Counted from the first letter of the whole stretch, positions 51,351 through 63,800 are shown. The stretch: DNA of 63,957 nt, filler included, from Octopus bimaculoides (GCF_001194135.2; 7 parts of 5 records of this genome joined end to end with filler, not necessarily neighbours in it), one strand, 5' to 3'. Notes: generated from the letters alone by a model not told the origin. Made by a program: numbers and translations.

Positions 51351-51904
51351 ATTCTTTATGTTTCAAAATTTGCTAACATTCAGCACCCTTTTTCTTATAC
51401 AATTATTTAAAATTGGAATTAAACCTATAAAGTTAAAAGTATGGATTGTTTTGAATTTTGTATGCTATCGAATTCTTGTAGTGGCCTCTGTCTTAAAATA
51501 ACCTAGTTTTGAACCTTTGCATAGAGCAATTTCAATTCAGTAATCTTGAAAGTGTATAAATACACTTTTATTCCACATCTCCCTTGCGTTTACAAGCAAA
51601 TCGAAACCTGAATAGTATTTATTTTATGCAACTTAGAAGGACGAATGGCGCAGTTAAACGTGATGGCATTGGGACAAACAAAATATGTCAACTAATTTTG
51701 TTACTATTTTTGTTACTCTGATGCTCTGAAGAGGAATTGAGACCAAACACCGGCATATCGTGCTAATTTTCATATGGTAGTATAATGGATGAAATACAGA
51801 CTGGACGCATGAACTTTTATGTCATACACCAACGGGCACTGCAAGATTACTTATATTCGTGGGAAATAATATATATATATATGCATAAATATATACATGC
51901 ATAC

Positions 51905-51937
<33 letters not shown>

Positions 51938-52273
51938 NNNNNNNNNNNNNNNNNNNNNNNNNNNNNNNNNNNNNNNNNNNNTTAATTAATTAANNNNNNN
52001 NNNNNNNNNNNNNNNNNNNNNNNNNNNNNNNNNNNNNTGAATAGAACTTATTTTCGATAATTTCAATTGATTTTAATTTCTTTTCTATTTGAAAATTGGT
52101 TATGAAACACGTGTAATCTTTTTATTATATTTATCTTATGATATTTACTTTACTTTATATTATACTCATTTATTGTGCTTTTAATTATTAATTTTTCTAT
52201 ATGTGATAGTGGATTTTCATCGATGAGTTCTTGAAAATTGGTTATTTTCCCGAAAACTATATATATATATATA

Positions 52274-55200
52274 TTAGCAGTAGTACCCGGCGTTGCACGG
52301 GTCTTAATAAATTACCATTCAACTGCGGAAAGATGAGTTCTTACAAGTGAGAAAAGTTTTTGAGCCCTACCTCGGCTACCGCTTCCGCGCAATGCTCTTC
52401 TGATTTCAACACCTTACTCCTCAGCCCAGCGTAAATTAGAACCATACACTTGCCAATGAAGCAATAGAATGAAACACACAAATAAGCGTTTAGTAAAAGA
52501 AACGAGTTGAACAATTTCAGCGTTTCCTAAGAGGGAACCTTTTGAGTGATAGATTGCTCCCAGTTGAAGGATGTTAATGGTCAACAGTTGGAACGTCGCC
52601 CTCAAAAGGTTCATGTAACACGTAGCCGCCATGCGTTCTGTAAATTGGTATCCTTTCCATTGAATTGGTCACTTTAATGTTATAAATAAACATACTTGAG
52701 GTAAACGACCGTATAGAAGGCATTAGAAGTGTCCTCAAATATGCAATACCTAACCTGCCTTTTCGCTGGTCCGTTTGTAGCAGCTGTTTGACAACATTGT
52801 TTCTTCGCATTATTATCGTGCAACTGCAACGAATCGCCACCTCTTTGCCATCGTATGAGCACCACACGAACGCCTTCCATAAACCCACAAAATGTCAAGA
52901 GGCAAGCGCTCTTTTCTGATGCTTCCATCTCATATGGGAAAAATAGTAAAAGTATTTGAGCATACCCCGTTATATGCATGCATGGCGATATCGTACCCAC
53001 TTCAGCCTTGCCAAAGACAATGTTTCTTGTCTTGCCCCGACTTGTTAATACGAACAGTCTGTCTCTACTGCCGACTCTGGAGCATGCAACGTACAGCTGG
53101 CCGTGGGAAAAGCAAGGCTCTTCCAAGACAAGTCCGGCCACAGAAAGAGTCTGGCCCTGGGACTTGTTGACAGACATGGTGATGCTGGACCGGAGCAAGA
53201 ATTGCAGTCTTCTGAAGGCGAAAGGTATGTCTGCTCCTGAGGGAGTAATTTGAAAAAGTTTCTTGTAATGTGCGAACAAACATTTAAAATATGGAGTGTT
53301 TCTTTACCTAATTTTACATTTATAAAAACGTTTTTAATATCTACGCGGAAGATGCTGACTGCAGAACCAACAGTACGAAGACAACATGCTTCATCAATTT
53401 TTTTTACAACCAGACGTGTTCCGTTCCACAGTGTGGGGGCTCCAAATTGCACAGAAGCATAACCGGAGTTCCGACTTTAAGGCGGAGCGGATGTGGCGGT
53501 AGGCCCGGAGGGTCTAAAGAGTTGAGGAACTCCGTTTGGATATTCACCGATTAATTCGCATCTACCATCGTATCGACGTATTTGTATGCGAAAGGAGCAC
53601 TGGGAAGTGACTGCGAAAGTTGATCATTGTGTTTTGTAACGGTCACGTTTGTCGGATCCAGCACTGCTCTTTCAGACAGCCATGTATGATTGAGATAATT
53701 ATCTTTTAAATGGGGAAACACTTTATCGGCGAGTTCCGCCAAAGATGAAACGGGAGTTGCAAACGGGTGGACGTCCAGTTCCCCATCAGCATCAAAAAGC
53801 ACTTTGCCGTCGCAAAGTTTCAGAATGTCACTTGCGAAGTAAGCCGACGTTTGGTCACCGAGCAATCGATCCCTCATGTTGATAGTCACGGTCAGTGACC
53901 TGACATGACGCCAGAGCGGAGACGACTTAAGGCATACTTGAACCTCATCTGCTCGCGTGCCTTTGGAGATAACAGGAAGAGTTTGCCTAAAGTCACCTGA
54001 AAACAAAAGCGTAATACCTCCCATGGGGGCTTCGCAGCCCTTGATATCCTGAAGGGTTTTGTATAATGCGTCGAAGGCTCCCTTGTGGGTCATAATACAC
54101 TCGTCCCACACAATAAGCTGACAGCGTTTCAGCACTTGGTCCTGGTCAGAGTTCTTGCTTATATTGCAGGGAGGTGTTTCTGACTTCGTTAAATTGATGG
54201 GCAACTTAAAGGTGGAGTGTGCAGTTCTGCTGCCAGGCAGCGAAGTTGCAGCAATCCCTGAAGATGCGACCGCAATCGCAATGCTCTTTTGCATCCTGAC
54301 CTTCGCTAGGATGATCTTTGTTAGAAAGGTTTTAACTGTACCCCCTGGAGCATCAAGAAAAACAAACCACCTTTCCTCTGGCGCACATGATCAGTCACAA
54401 TAGTTTAAACATGCCGTTGATCCTGAAGAAGCTTTGGTTCAGTTTCGAGGACGAAATTGGCAAGGGCATCTGTGTCGTAGGAGCTGTAAGAAGTAAATCT
54501 GACTCTGAACGCAGCGGCTTAGGCAGACCGCATGAGAGCAAGTCATTCCCACGAGTGATGCAACTGTATTTTCAATGTCCATCAAGGCTTGATTGTGTAC
54601 CTCATCGCTTATATTTTCTATCCCAGGAAAAAGCAACTTCGTCTGACGTATGAAGTCCTCCGATAAGTCGTGTTTAAATTTTGACAAAGGGTTGTTCAGT
54701 TCACAAATTTGCAGCATAACAGCAAATAAAGCTCGTAGACGCTTAGGTGTTTGGGATGCAACAGCTTTGAATAACGTAGCCTCCCACTGCGCATCGTCCT
54801 CCAGCAAACCGTGCTTGAGGCATGCTTCCCTGTAAGTGCTGCAAAAAGAGCCATCGACAGTCCTTAAGTCATCAAACTACTGAGGCCCACGTACCTCATG
54901 TAACAGAAGGCGAAGATAAAGGCACTCCGGTTGGCTCGGATGCACCGTGTAAACTCTCCCAAGACAGTTGTCAAACAACTTTACACCGGGTTGTCCGTCA
55001 ACTGGCTGACCTGACTTTCTGCGCACCCATTTTACTTAGTCCATGTGTAGTAGGAAGCAATCTGAGGCTAAAGCAGTTTTTTGCAAGTGGGTCGTTCCGG
55101 CACAGAGCGAAGAACGCAGTGAGAGTAGTTTGTCGAGGCTCTTCAACAGTTCTGGCAGCAGTTGCATCGGTAAAGTACACCCTTTGAGCGTTCTCCAGGT

Positions 55201-56095
55201 GAACTGGGAGTTGCTCGATGGGTTGGTGCCTTTGGTGTATTGGAAAGCCGAAAATACGCCAGAAGACCTCGTTGCTGCTAATAAAACGGCCAACTTGGTA
55301 TTGTAAGACCTCGTCACAGCAGTTTTCCAACTGTAGACCGAACATAGCTGCGTCTGAGCCCTTCTTGACATATTTTTAGATATACTTGATGGACTTGACG
55401 GAATGGCAAAACTCCACGTTCATGTGGGCGCCGAATGTCTTCGAAAGAAGCAGTGAATACGGTACAACCCATCTGTTGTCAACCTCATATTGTCCAATTT
55501 TTGTGGTAAAGCCACCGTCTGTACAGAGGGTATCCATCAACGCCAGTTTGTGTTTCCTTTTGGAAACTTCTTGCAGAAGATCTTGTTGCTTAAGCAAGGG
55601 GAGCCTAAATTGAATCCGTGCCCACATGGCCCGTGGATCATGGTCGCCTTGACTATTTCAATCAGATGTCAGTCAGTAGATTGGTTTAGAATCTTGGCAA
55701 AGATAATCTTGTCAATATCGTTGGGAGGTATTTTTACGGAGAGCCAGATTAGATTGTGAGCATGTGGTAGGCCTCTCTTTTGCCATTCAACAGTATACAT
55801 ATAACATCTAACGAGGCCAAATATTTTCCCTCCCTTAAGAAGCTCCATTAGTTTGATTAGCTTTAACCGGAAGACTCGCACTAGGAGGTCATGGCGGTCT
55901 TTCGGATGCTGGCCTGGAAACAATTCATTGTGCTTCTGTAGTTCAGTTTCAGTCTTCCGGTCATCCGCTGAGTACCGTGACGCCATGAAACTCTGTGGGT
56001 CAAACTGCAAATGTGTACCGAGTTTGGTTGAAATCGGACGACTTTTTGAAAAAATTGATAATTATCGATCGAGTTTTTGCGAAAGCCGAACATTG
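52274..56095 (-). mobile_element. Autonomous-type Helitron (Rep plus PIF1 helicase), degenerate, 5'-truncated
   Basis: Rep VEWQKRGLPHAH; helicase DAPGGTGKT, ASSGIAA, WDEC, GDFRQTLPV, NKSQGQT, HGQLYVACSRV; 3' hairpin CCCG..CGGG plus CTAA|T. Confidence 0.92.
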
Positions 56096-56413
56096 ATCAA
56101 AGCAGTTGTTATGACTAAAACATGCCACGGAACATACCTAATGCATAACAGAAATTTCAATCGAATCGGTTTGGTGGTTCAGCGGTTTGGCCCGGCTTCA
56201 CCCAAAAGCACTTGTACACGGAAATCGCAAACAGCGGAAGAATATAACTTTTTGAAAGGCAGCTTGGGTATTGATTTGATTCAAGAGGTTACCAAGGTTA
56301 TTGTTTTAACAATGTCACACTCCAACCCTTCCTTTCTCAAGTGTAAGGCCTCATGTATCCGCAGTTTCATGGTAATTTATTAAGACCCATGCAACGCCGG
56401 TTACTACTGCTAG
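56096..56413 (+). mobile_element. Non-autonomous Helitron 3' portion, opposite orientation
   Basis: Ends 'acccatgcaacgccggttactactgCTAG|T'; last 55 bp are 50/55 identical to the terminus at 52274-52328. Confidence 0.75.
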
Positions 56414-56445
56414 TGAAATGGATAAAGGAAGTAGTGAGTACTTAC

Positions 56446-56493
56446 CAGTAGCTTGTGCAGTGCAGAAGCTGTTATTGCTTTAACTATTTCATG
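56446..56493 (-). CDS. Candidate 48-nt symmetric exon, HEIVKAITASALHKLL
   Basis: tttctatgtgtAG|...CTG|GTAAGT; only the phase-0 frame is open. Confidence 0.3.
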
Positions 56494-57171
56494 CTACACA
56501 TAGAAATCGCATTCATTTATTGCCGGATGTTTACTGTTATTGACAGTGGCTATTTTGAGGTTACGTGGAGTCACAGTGTGTATGCACACCATGGTGGAGA
56601 TTAATTGTTTATGCATCGGNNNNNNNNNNNNNNNNNNNNNNNNNNNNNNNNNNNNNNNNNNNNNNNNNNNNNNNNNNNNNNNNNNNNNNNNNNNNNNNNN
56701 NNNNNNNNNNNNNNNNNNNGGTTAGGTGGAACTCGAGTTATAAACCTTCTTGCACACACACACACATACACACACCGACACACAGACAGTTTCTGTTATA
56801 TATATATTTATGTGTGTGTGCGTGTGCGTACAAACATGTGGATGTACACACGTAGTATATAAATATATTCATGTAATCGAACATATTTACATAGCAAAAA
56901 TATTTTAGATAACTTAGTAAAAAGATAGTGTAGAGCCTATGAACCTTTACTCGATCTCCGAGAAAAGTTAGACAGTGATGTATACGCAAGCCAATTCTAA
57001 ATGCTTCCAATAGTGTAGTCTCTGCTAAAAGTAGCCAAGGACCAATTGGTGGTGTTAAACTAGGCAACGAATTGAGTTTTCCATCCATTAAGGACAGATT
57101 AGTATTTGATCTCAGAATGCTTTGAACCGGAACTGTCGCAAAACGTCTCAAATGAGACTTTAATGTTTCCA

Positions 57172-57200
57172 TCAGCCTATCGCCATAGATTCGTCGTTTA
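57172..57200 (-). CDS. Candidate terminal coding exon of the LDLa gene, (L)NDESMAIG*
   Basis: Strong pyrimidine tract ctttgtttttcctctttcattgatAAG|; phase 1 gives a stop after 9 codons. Alternative acceptors exist. Confidence 0.35.
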
Positions 57201-57397
57201 CTTATCAATGAAAGAGGAAAAACAAAGTTGACTTGTGTGAGGAATATGAATTCAGTTCACAAGAATTTGGAATAAGTATTGTAAAGTATTTTATCTGATC
57301 CACTGCCTATAAAAGCGTATTAAGGGATTTTTTTCTATGAACTAATAGTCATCTATTCTTAGTTCACAGCATTTAATAGTGTTAGGTGTTTACTTAC

Positions 57398-57508
57398 GAC
57401 ATTTGTTTTCATCGCTGCCGTCTTTGCAATTCCAATAATTGTTACATTTGTTCTTTTCATGAATACATTTGGTCTTATCGGGACACATAAAGGTATTTTC
57501 TGGACAAT
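57398..57508 (-). CDS. Exon encoding an LDL-receptor class A module
   Basis: tag|...C|gtaagt, 111 nt, phase 1-1; (D)CPENTFMCPDKTKCIHEKNKCNNYWNCKDGSDENKC has six Cys, F, I and the D-x-S-D-E motif. Confidence 0.88.
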
Positions 57509-57934
57509 CTATAATTAATAGAAATAATGACTGGTATTGATTAAAGTTCTAAATATTTGACTTGATCATAACTTCCTGAAACATGAGTCCGTTGTTAGAG
57601 TGTAGAGTACATATTAAGAATATTTACAATCTCAACAATACTTTTAATTGGTGAATGAAGCTTTTAGAAGATGACTTTTTTCCAGCAGTTCAAATGATAT
57701 AAAATACGATATAATAAAAGTTAAGCAAATCAATATACCTCAATATTTAAAATATATGTATTTGAAGTTTCTGTTATATTTGCATAAAAAATAATACTGT
57801 TGAAATACATTTAGTAATGATTTTTAAAGTTTACAAAAGAAAGAATATTAAAAATATTTAACAAAACAAACAATTTAGGAAACATGAATGACAGCGAATT
57901 TTATACACAAAATTTTTATACACAGAAAATTAAC

Positions 57935-57984
57935 CATATTTGAGAACACGAGTGCAGAATGATAACGGCATGCCTGCCTTTCCT
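57935..57984 (-). CDS. Linker exon of the LDLa gene, (R)GKAGMPLSFCTRVLKY(D)
   Basis: ttttatttcggtCAG|...G|GTTAAT, 50 nt, phase 2-1, fitting both neighbours; the donor is weak. Confidence 0.6.
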
Positions 57985-58060
57985 CTGACCGAAATAAAAG
58001 AGGTATTCAAATGTTATTAGGTGTAGCTGCTCGACAAGAAGTATGTAAGAGAGAAATTAC

Positions 58061-58119
58061 CTACCACAAATAGAACTATAGAAGAGACAAGCCACTGAGG
58101 TTGCCAGCATCATGGTCAT
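58061..58119 (-). CDS. First coding exon of the LDLa gene; signal-peptide-like MTMMLATSVACLFYSSICG
   Basis: In-frame TAG upstream of the ATG; donor AG|GTAATT; 76-nt intron with CTAAT branch-like site and pyrimidine tract. Confidence 0.6.
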
Positions 58120-58299
58120 AACCGCATGGGGAAAACGGATTACCTATCTTCATATACTCAATCACTCTTGAATACTTTAAAAATAAATGGTATTCACAAG
58201 TGAGAATCAACTTCATAAGTATTTTAATTGATAGACCAGATTATAAAAGTTACTGGAAGAGATAAAAACGGAAGTAGCCAAAACGGAATTCGTATCAGC

Positions 58300-58500
58300 T
58301 TTGTGTTAGTTCGAAGGACTGTCAAGGTTGTTTTTGTAGTGAAACAGCAGCTGAAGCATTTAAGAAGCTGGAAAGACAATTAGGTTCTGTTGATCAAGAG
58401 AAAGCTTTGTTAAAACTTCATGTTCTCTATAGTTTTGTAGTGGCCAGAGAAAATTCTAGACGTGGAAACGAAAACTAGACTCGCACAACTTCATGGAAAA
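58300..58500 (+). mobile_element. Possible mariner transposase N-terminal remnant
   Basis: ETAAEAFKKLERQLG...W..K..RGNE loosely matches the mariner HTH region. Confidence 0.25.
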
Positions 58501-59079
58501 CTTAATCAAATACTAAAGGGAAGGCAGAACCTTTCAGCCATCAGATAAATGGTCTTGCACTATACGCAGGAAAGGAATAGGTAGTAAATAGTAAGTCAAC
58601 ACGGTGTACGCGTTATAAACTGTGGATGCTCATGTGCAGTAGAATTACTGGTATGTTGAAAGTGGCGATAGTCTTTGTATATCTCAAAAGCCCATGCGCA
58701 ACCAGTAATAAGAGCATGTGTTAAATAGATANNNNNNNNNNNNNNNNNNNNNNNNNNNNNNNNNNNNNNNNNNNNTTAATTAATTAANNNNNNNNNNNNN
58801 NNNNNNNNNNNNNNNNNNNNNNNNNNNNNNNCTCTCTCTCTCTCTCTCTCTCCCTCTCTCTCCCTCCCTCTCTCTTCTCTCCCTCTCTCTCTCCCCCCTC
58901 TCCTGCACTTCCCTCAGGTTGGGTAACTATGCACTTCCTTTGTGGTAGCACACCTGTTTCTAGGTAACCTTGTACTTCCTCTTCAGCAAGACACCTGTAT
59001 CTGTTTCACTATAACATTTTCATCATCACCTCCTTCAATGCCTTCCTCCCTCTTCAAAGTTTTTGTCTTGCAAGTACTT

Positions 59080-59345
59080 GGTGACCCTGTCAATGCAGGT
59101 GCCACTTAAAAGCATTCACTGTAAAGTGATTGGTGTTCAGAAGGGCATCCAGCTGTGAAAACCTTACCAAAACTGACCTCACTTGTGCTTGTACCATGTA
59201 AAAAGCACTAAGTCCACTCTGCTAAGTAGTTGGCGTTAGGAAGGGCATCCAGCTGTAAAAACCCTGCTAAAACAGTCACAGAAGTCTGGTGCAGGCTTCG
59301 GCCTGGCCAGCTCTTGTGGTACCATCCCACCCATGCTAGCATGGA
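59080..59345 (+). mobile_element. SINE family B with internal duplication
   Basis: 'ttgg.gtt.agaagggcatccagctgt.aaaacc' occurs twice; ends 'cccacccatgctagcatggaaca'. Confidence 0.6.
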
Positions 59346-59433
59346 ACACAGATATATCGTATTTTTGCATGGGTATGTCTGCATTAACATTATTGTAATA
59401 TTAATTAAAGACAATAACTATTTTTATAACTGT

Positions 59434-59811
59434 GTAGTGGCGCGTGTGGCCGCCATTGGCCGCCATCTTGAGAAGTGCCATTGCGCATGTGCAAGGGACT
59501 AGCCGTCAGCGGAAGTACCCGAGCACGCATGCGCAATGCAACAGGTGGAGAGAAAGCAATAGCGTTCTCCCTCTTATCCATCCAGCGGCCGTCGTGACAG
59601 GACGTTCTTCCAAGCTGTCACATGTGGTCGAAGCTTCTTTGGTATTCTAGCGGCATGCCTATTCAGCCAGGAACGAAACGGCTCTACACCAACCTAGAAT
59701 AAACTATTGATCTGTTGTTACCGTTATCCCTCGTGTTGTTGTACTTCTGAATTTAATGATTAATATAAGAACTGGGGAGAGATGGCCGAGCCGTCATATC
59801 TCATCCAATTC
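59434..59811. mobile_element. Unclassified GC-rich insertion (solo-LTR-like) flanked by 10-bp direct repeats
   Basis: TTATAACTGT at 59424-59433 and 59812-59821; internal YY1/NRF1/ETS-like motifs, AATAAA and a terminal hairpin. Confidence 0.5.
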
Positions 59812-60109
59812 TTATAACTGTATTTATTTTAATATTATGTTTTAATTTTAACGGTACACTGTATTTTTCCTGATTGGTTATTTAATTGTTTACATTGTTT
59901 TCAATATTATATATATAAATTTCTTTGTACGTTCATCCCTGATAATATTCTGGCTTATAATAATTAACCTAATTGATCTAATTAAATTAAATTTGACTGA
60001 TTTTATGCTATAAGCGATGAATTGAAACAATTGTAGGCCTTATCAATGCATTAATAAATTTTTGTTCATCTTTTCGTCATCTTCTCTTGGTTTACACACA
60101 CATACACAC

Positions 60110-60142
<33 letters not shown>

Positions 60143-60337
60143 TTTCATTAAATGTGGTTTTGTATTATTAAAAAAATTTTGTCCCGTTTGAGATATGGCC
60201 ATCCACCGAACTGCTCTATGTTTTTTTGTTACGGCTTGCCAGCAGCTGCTTGTAACTGCCAAATAATATATCTTTTATTACATATAAAGTTTTACTGCAT
60301 TTTAATTATACATAGATATTATTATTATTATTATTAT

Positions 60338-60726
60338 TCAGTAGTTTTATTTTTATAACGTGCTTTCACTTCACTACCGAGCGCAGCTCTGTGTGCCTTG
60401 GGTATGTGCTGTGGTTTGCTGTGGTGCTCTTATGTTTACTGTATTGAAAGTGTTTTGCGTAGAATGTGTGCAGTACCCAGTAGTGCAATTTTCTGTATGT
60501 TATATATATTTGTAAGTCCTGCTATTTTTGTTATGTATTTGTCTGAATATTTTTTTATTATACCTAAGGCACCTACTATGATAGGAATTGTTTCTGTTTT
60601 TAGATTCCACATTCGAGTTATCTCTATTTCCAGGTCTTTGTATTTTGAAAGTTTTTCCATTTCTTTTAGAGAAACGTTGTCATCTGCTGGTATTGATACA
60701 TCAATTAGAAAGCATTTTTTTTCTTC
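60338..60726 (-). mobile_element. Dong/R4 LINE 3' end, close paralog of 7152-7545
   Basis: EKLSKYKDLEIEITRMWNLKTETIPIIVGALG...LRKTLSIQ*; (TAA)n tail at 60317-60337. Confidence 0.88.
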
Positions 60727-60826
60727 NNNNNNNNNNNNNNNNNNNNNNNNNNNNNNNNNNNNNNNNNNNNTTAATTAATTAANNNNNNNNNNNNNNNNNN
60801 NNNNNNNNNNNNNNNNNNNNNNNNNN

Positions 60827-60864
<38 letters not shown>

Positions 60865-63800
60865 TGTATGTATGTAACCCTGGAAACGATCAGAGAATTT
60901 AATTCGTATATACACGCACACATATATTTATAAATTTTCCTTTCATTAGGATTGAACTCACCCTCTCTCTAAAACAATATTTCAATGCTTTTGATTGCGT
61001 AATGTTAGAGTTACCTCCCTTGATTCCGTGCTCCTGTATTTTCTAGATGTCACTAAAAGCAGTGGACACGCATTCATACACACACCGTCGTCAACGGTGG
61101 TGTGTTGCAAGAGCAAATGACCGAAGAAGTCTTACTTGTTTTATACAGTGTTACGAACTGTCCTCTACTTTTGGCAATTATGAGGCTTAAAGTCTAAAAG
61201 TCTGAGAGGAACTGGCTGAGGATATTTCATAAAGGTTTACCAAATAATTTCGACAATGGGCGTAACCCCGAGTGATTTAATAACTCTGAACAGTTTCAAC
61301 TGGCTGAGATTACAGCAGGTTATATATTTTGTAAGTTTATTTCAATTAATTTTCATTCATTTAAGTAATTATACTCATATCGCTTAACTCGGAATAGTAA
61401 ATGTTTAATCATGAGTGTACTTTGAAAGTGAACATCGTTTCCAAATAGCCAGATAAAAATGTTAAAAAAACAAAACAAACTATTGTTGCTATTCTGCTTA
61501 TTTGAGTTTGGCAAATGTTATATAATTACTGTTTTAGTAGTAGTACTAATACTCCTTGGTGTTTTAGTTAACAGACTGTTTTAGTAGCTATTCCTTTTTC
61601 CCCTTCGCTTTCTTATAGTTGTTACTAGTCTTCTTTTATTTACATCGTAGAGCAGAAAAGGATGCTGCTACTGAAACTGTTTTCTAAGCTTCATGTATCC
61701 AAGGAGTCATCCAGGGAATTTTTATGTGCTTGTTCGGTCCGCTAAAAATGAGTTAAATTCTTCTATTGCACACTTACTACCTTGTAAAAAAATCCGAAAT
61801 GCCAAGCCAAAAAAAAAAAGAAAAAAAGAAAACTATGGCTTCGATAAAGTGTATAAGATAGATGACTGGGAATAGAATGAATTTGATCATCGGTCTGTTT
61901 GTTACTTTCTAACTTACGTCTATAATGCCCTTGATGAAGGTTTGAATTAAATCAGTTTGTCTTGAACTTGATGGTAAACAGTCGATTCCAAGTTTTATAT
62001 GTTTTTTTTCGCGTCACTTATATATCGTTAATACTCTGACACGAAACAAAAAAAACATTACTTAGCATCATTTATAAATTTTAATTCTTGTGTTTAATTA
62101 AGGATCAACTTTAAATTTGTTTCACTGAATTTAGTGCAATTACTATTTTGCTTTAAACTTTGCGTTATACTAATATCGTTGGCATTATTGGTAGCAGTTG
62201 GCGATCGTTTAATTCATATCCTCGCAGGCTCAATTTCAATGCCTGTTTGTAAAAAGTCGACTACAGTTACATCATTAATATTTTCGTGAAATGAATAAGC
62301 ACAACACTGCTCTCATACCCCATTTTCCCCTATAATGGTAGTTTTTTTTTTTGTTGCTCTTAATGAAACAAGATATCAATGTTACTTCTATTTGTATTGT
62401 CTTATAATGTCCAAAAATTTCGATCAACACAGATCTTATTGGAGTTATTTCCCTTAGTTGTTTTTATTATTTTTTTACATTTCGAAGTCTTACAACTTGT
62501 TTCTTTGTTCAGACCATATCGTATTTATTCAATATGCAGAACACTTCTTAGAGGTATTTTCAATTTACCATATTGCTAATTGTTTCTTACATAAGTACAA
62601 GGCTAGAAACTTGGAAAGGATTAGCCGATTACATCAGCCTCAGTACTGGACTGATACAATTTTGGTATTTCTATCTTTGAAGTATAGCGTCTTCGTGTGC
62701 AATGTACTTGTTTATGGATAATTTCGTCTTGTTTCAGGATTTTGAAACATTTTACTTACAATAAATAAATATTCTGCTTGTAACTTTTTGGGGGTTAGAT
62801 GGAAAGAACAAACTAGCGATGTTTTTTCATAAAAAAATTGGTGAAAATGAAAATTATAAAATATTCATGTGTATACATTCGCTGACCATCTCACTTAAAT
62901 TTTACTCTTTTACTGTTCCTTTCCTCTCAAAATATCCGTGGGATTTGAACTCGGAACGTAGTGTCAGAAGAATTACTGCAAAGTATTTTTTCTGGCACTC
63001 TGACGATTCTACTGATCTACCACCCTTAACTGCAACAATAACAACAGTTTGTGATTTAGGAACAAGGTCAGCAATTTTGAGGGGACGATTCCAGTTCGTG
63101 ACTAGTTTTTTGTTATCAACTCGAAAAAATGAAAACAAAAAAAGATAAATAATTAAAGGAAAAAAAAAAAAAATACGGCCATGTATTTTCTTCAACGATT
63201 CTATCAAACTATCACCCTCAACTTTTACGGGTTTCAGTCATTCGACTGCGGTTATGTACAGGTTTTATCGTTCAGTATTTATCAAATCGCTAAATTACGT
63301 TTGGGTCTTTTTTCTGTTTTTACATAAAGGCATGTAAATACAAACATAGAAACATAGTTTTCGTCCAAAGAATTCCACTTACAAAGTATTACTGATCAAT
63401 TCAAAGTTACCGAAGATGGTGCTTGCCCACAGTGTAGCGCAGTGTGATCAAACTTCGAACTACGTAGTTGCAAAGTGAACCTCTTTGCCACACGTATATG
63501 TGTGGCGCCTATACACTATATTGCACAATATGTTTATCACATCATACGTGGTGTCTGTCAAAAATGAAAGGTGGGCGTCAGTTTGTTTCATTGCTTTTGC
63601 ACCATTTTTTTTTTGTTTTATTTAGCTTTCTTTTAGTAATTGTCTTTTCCTTTTTTTTTTTTTTTACTCCCAGCCTTGCCTCTTTTATTTTACTTATCCC
63701 TCTGCAGCACTTTCACCCAATTATCAAATTCAGTGTACCACAACCCTTTCCTTACTCAGATAAATTATTCATTTTAAGAAGTAAAATAGGAGCAAAATTA

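Noticed and set aside
53551-54294. Host PIF1 helicase gene
   Set aside because: Intronless, frameshifted, linked to a HUH Rep motif and a Helitron terminus.
62512-62552. Possible 41-nt plus-strand exon (cag|ACCATATCG...AGAG|gtattt)
   Set aside because: Moderate splice sites, two open frames, no recognisable peptide, and on a different assembly piece from the 36547 exon.
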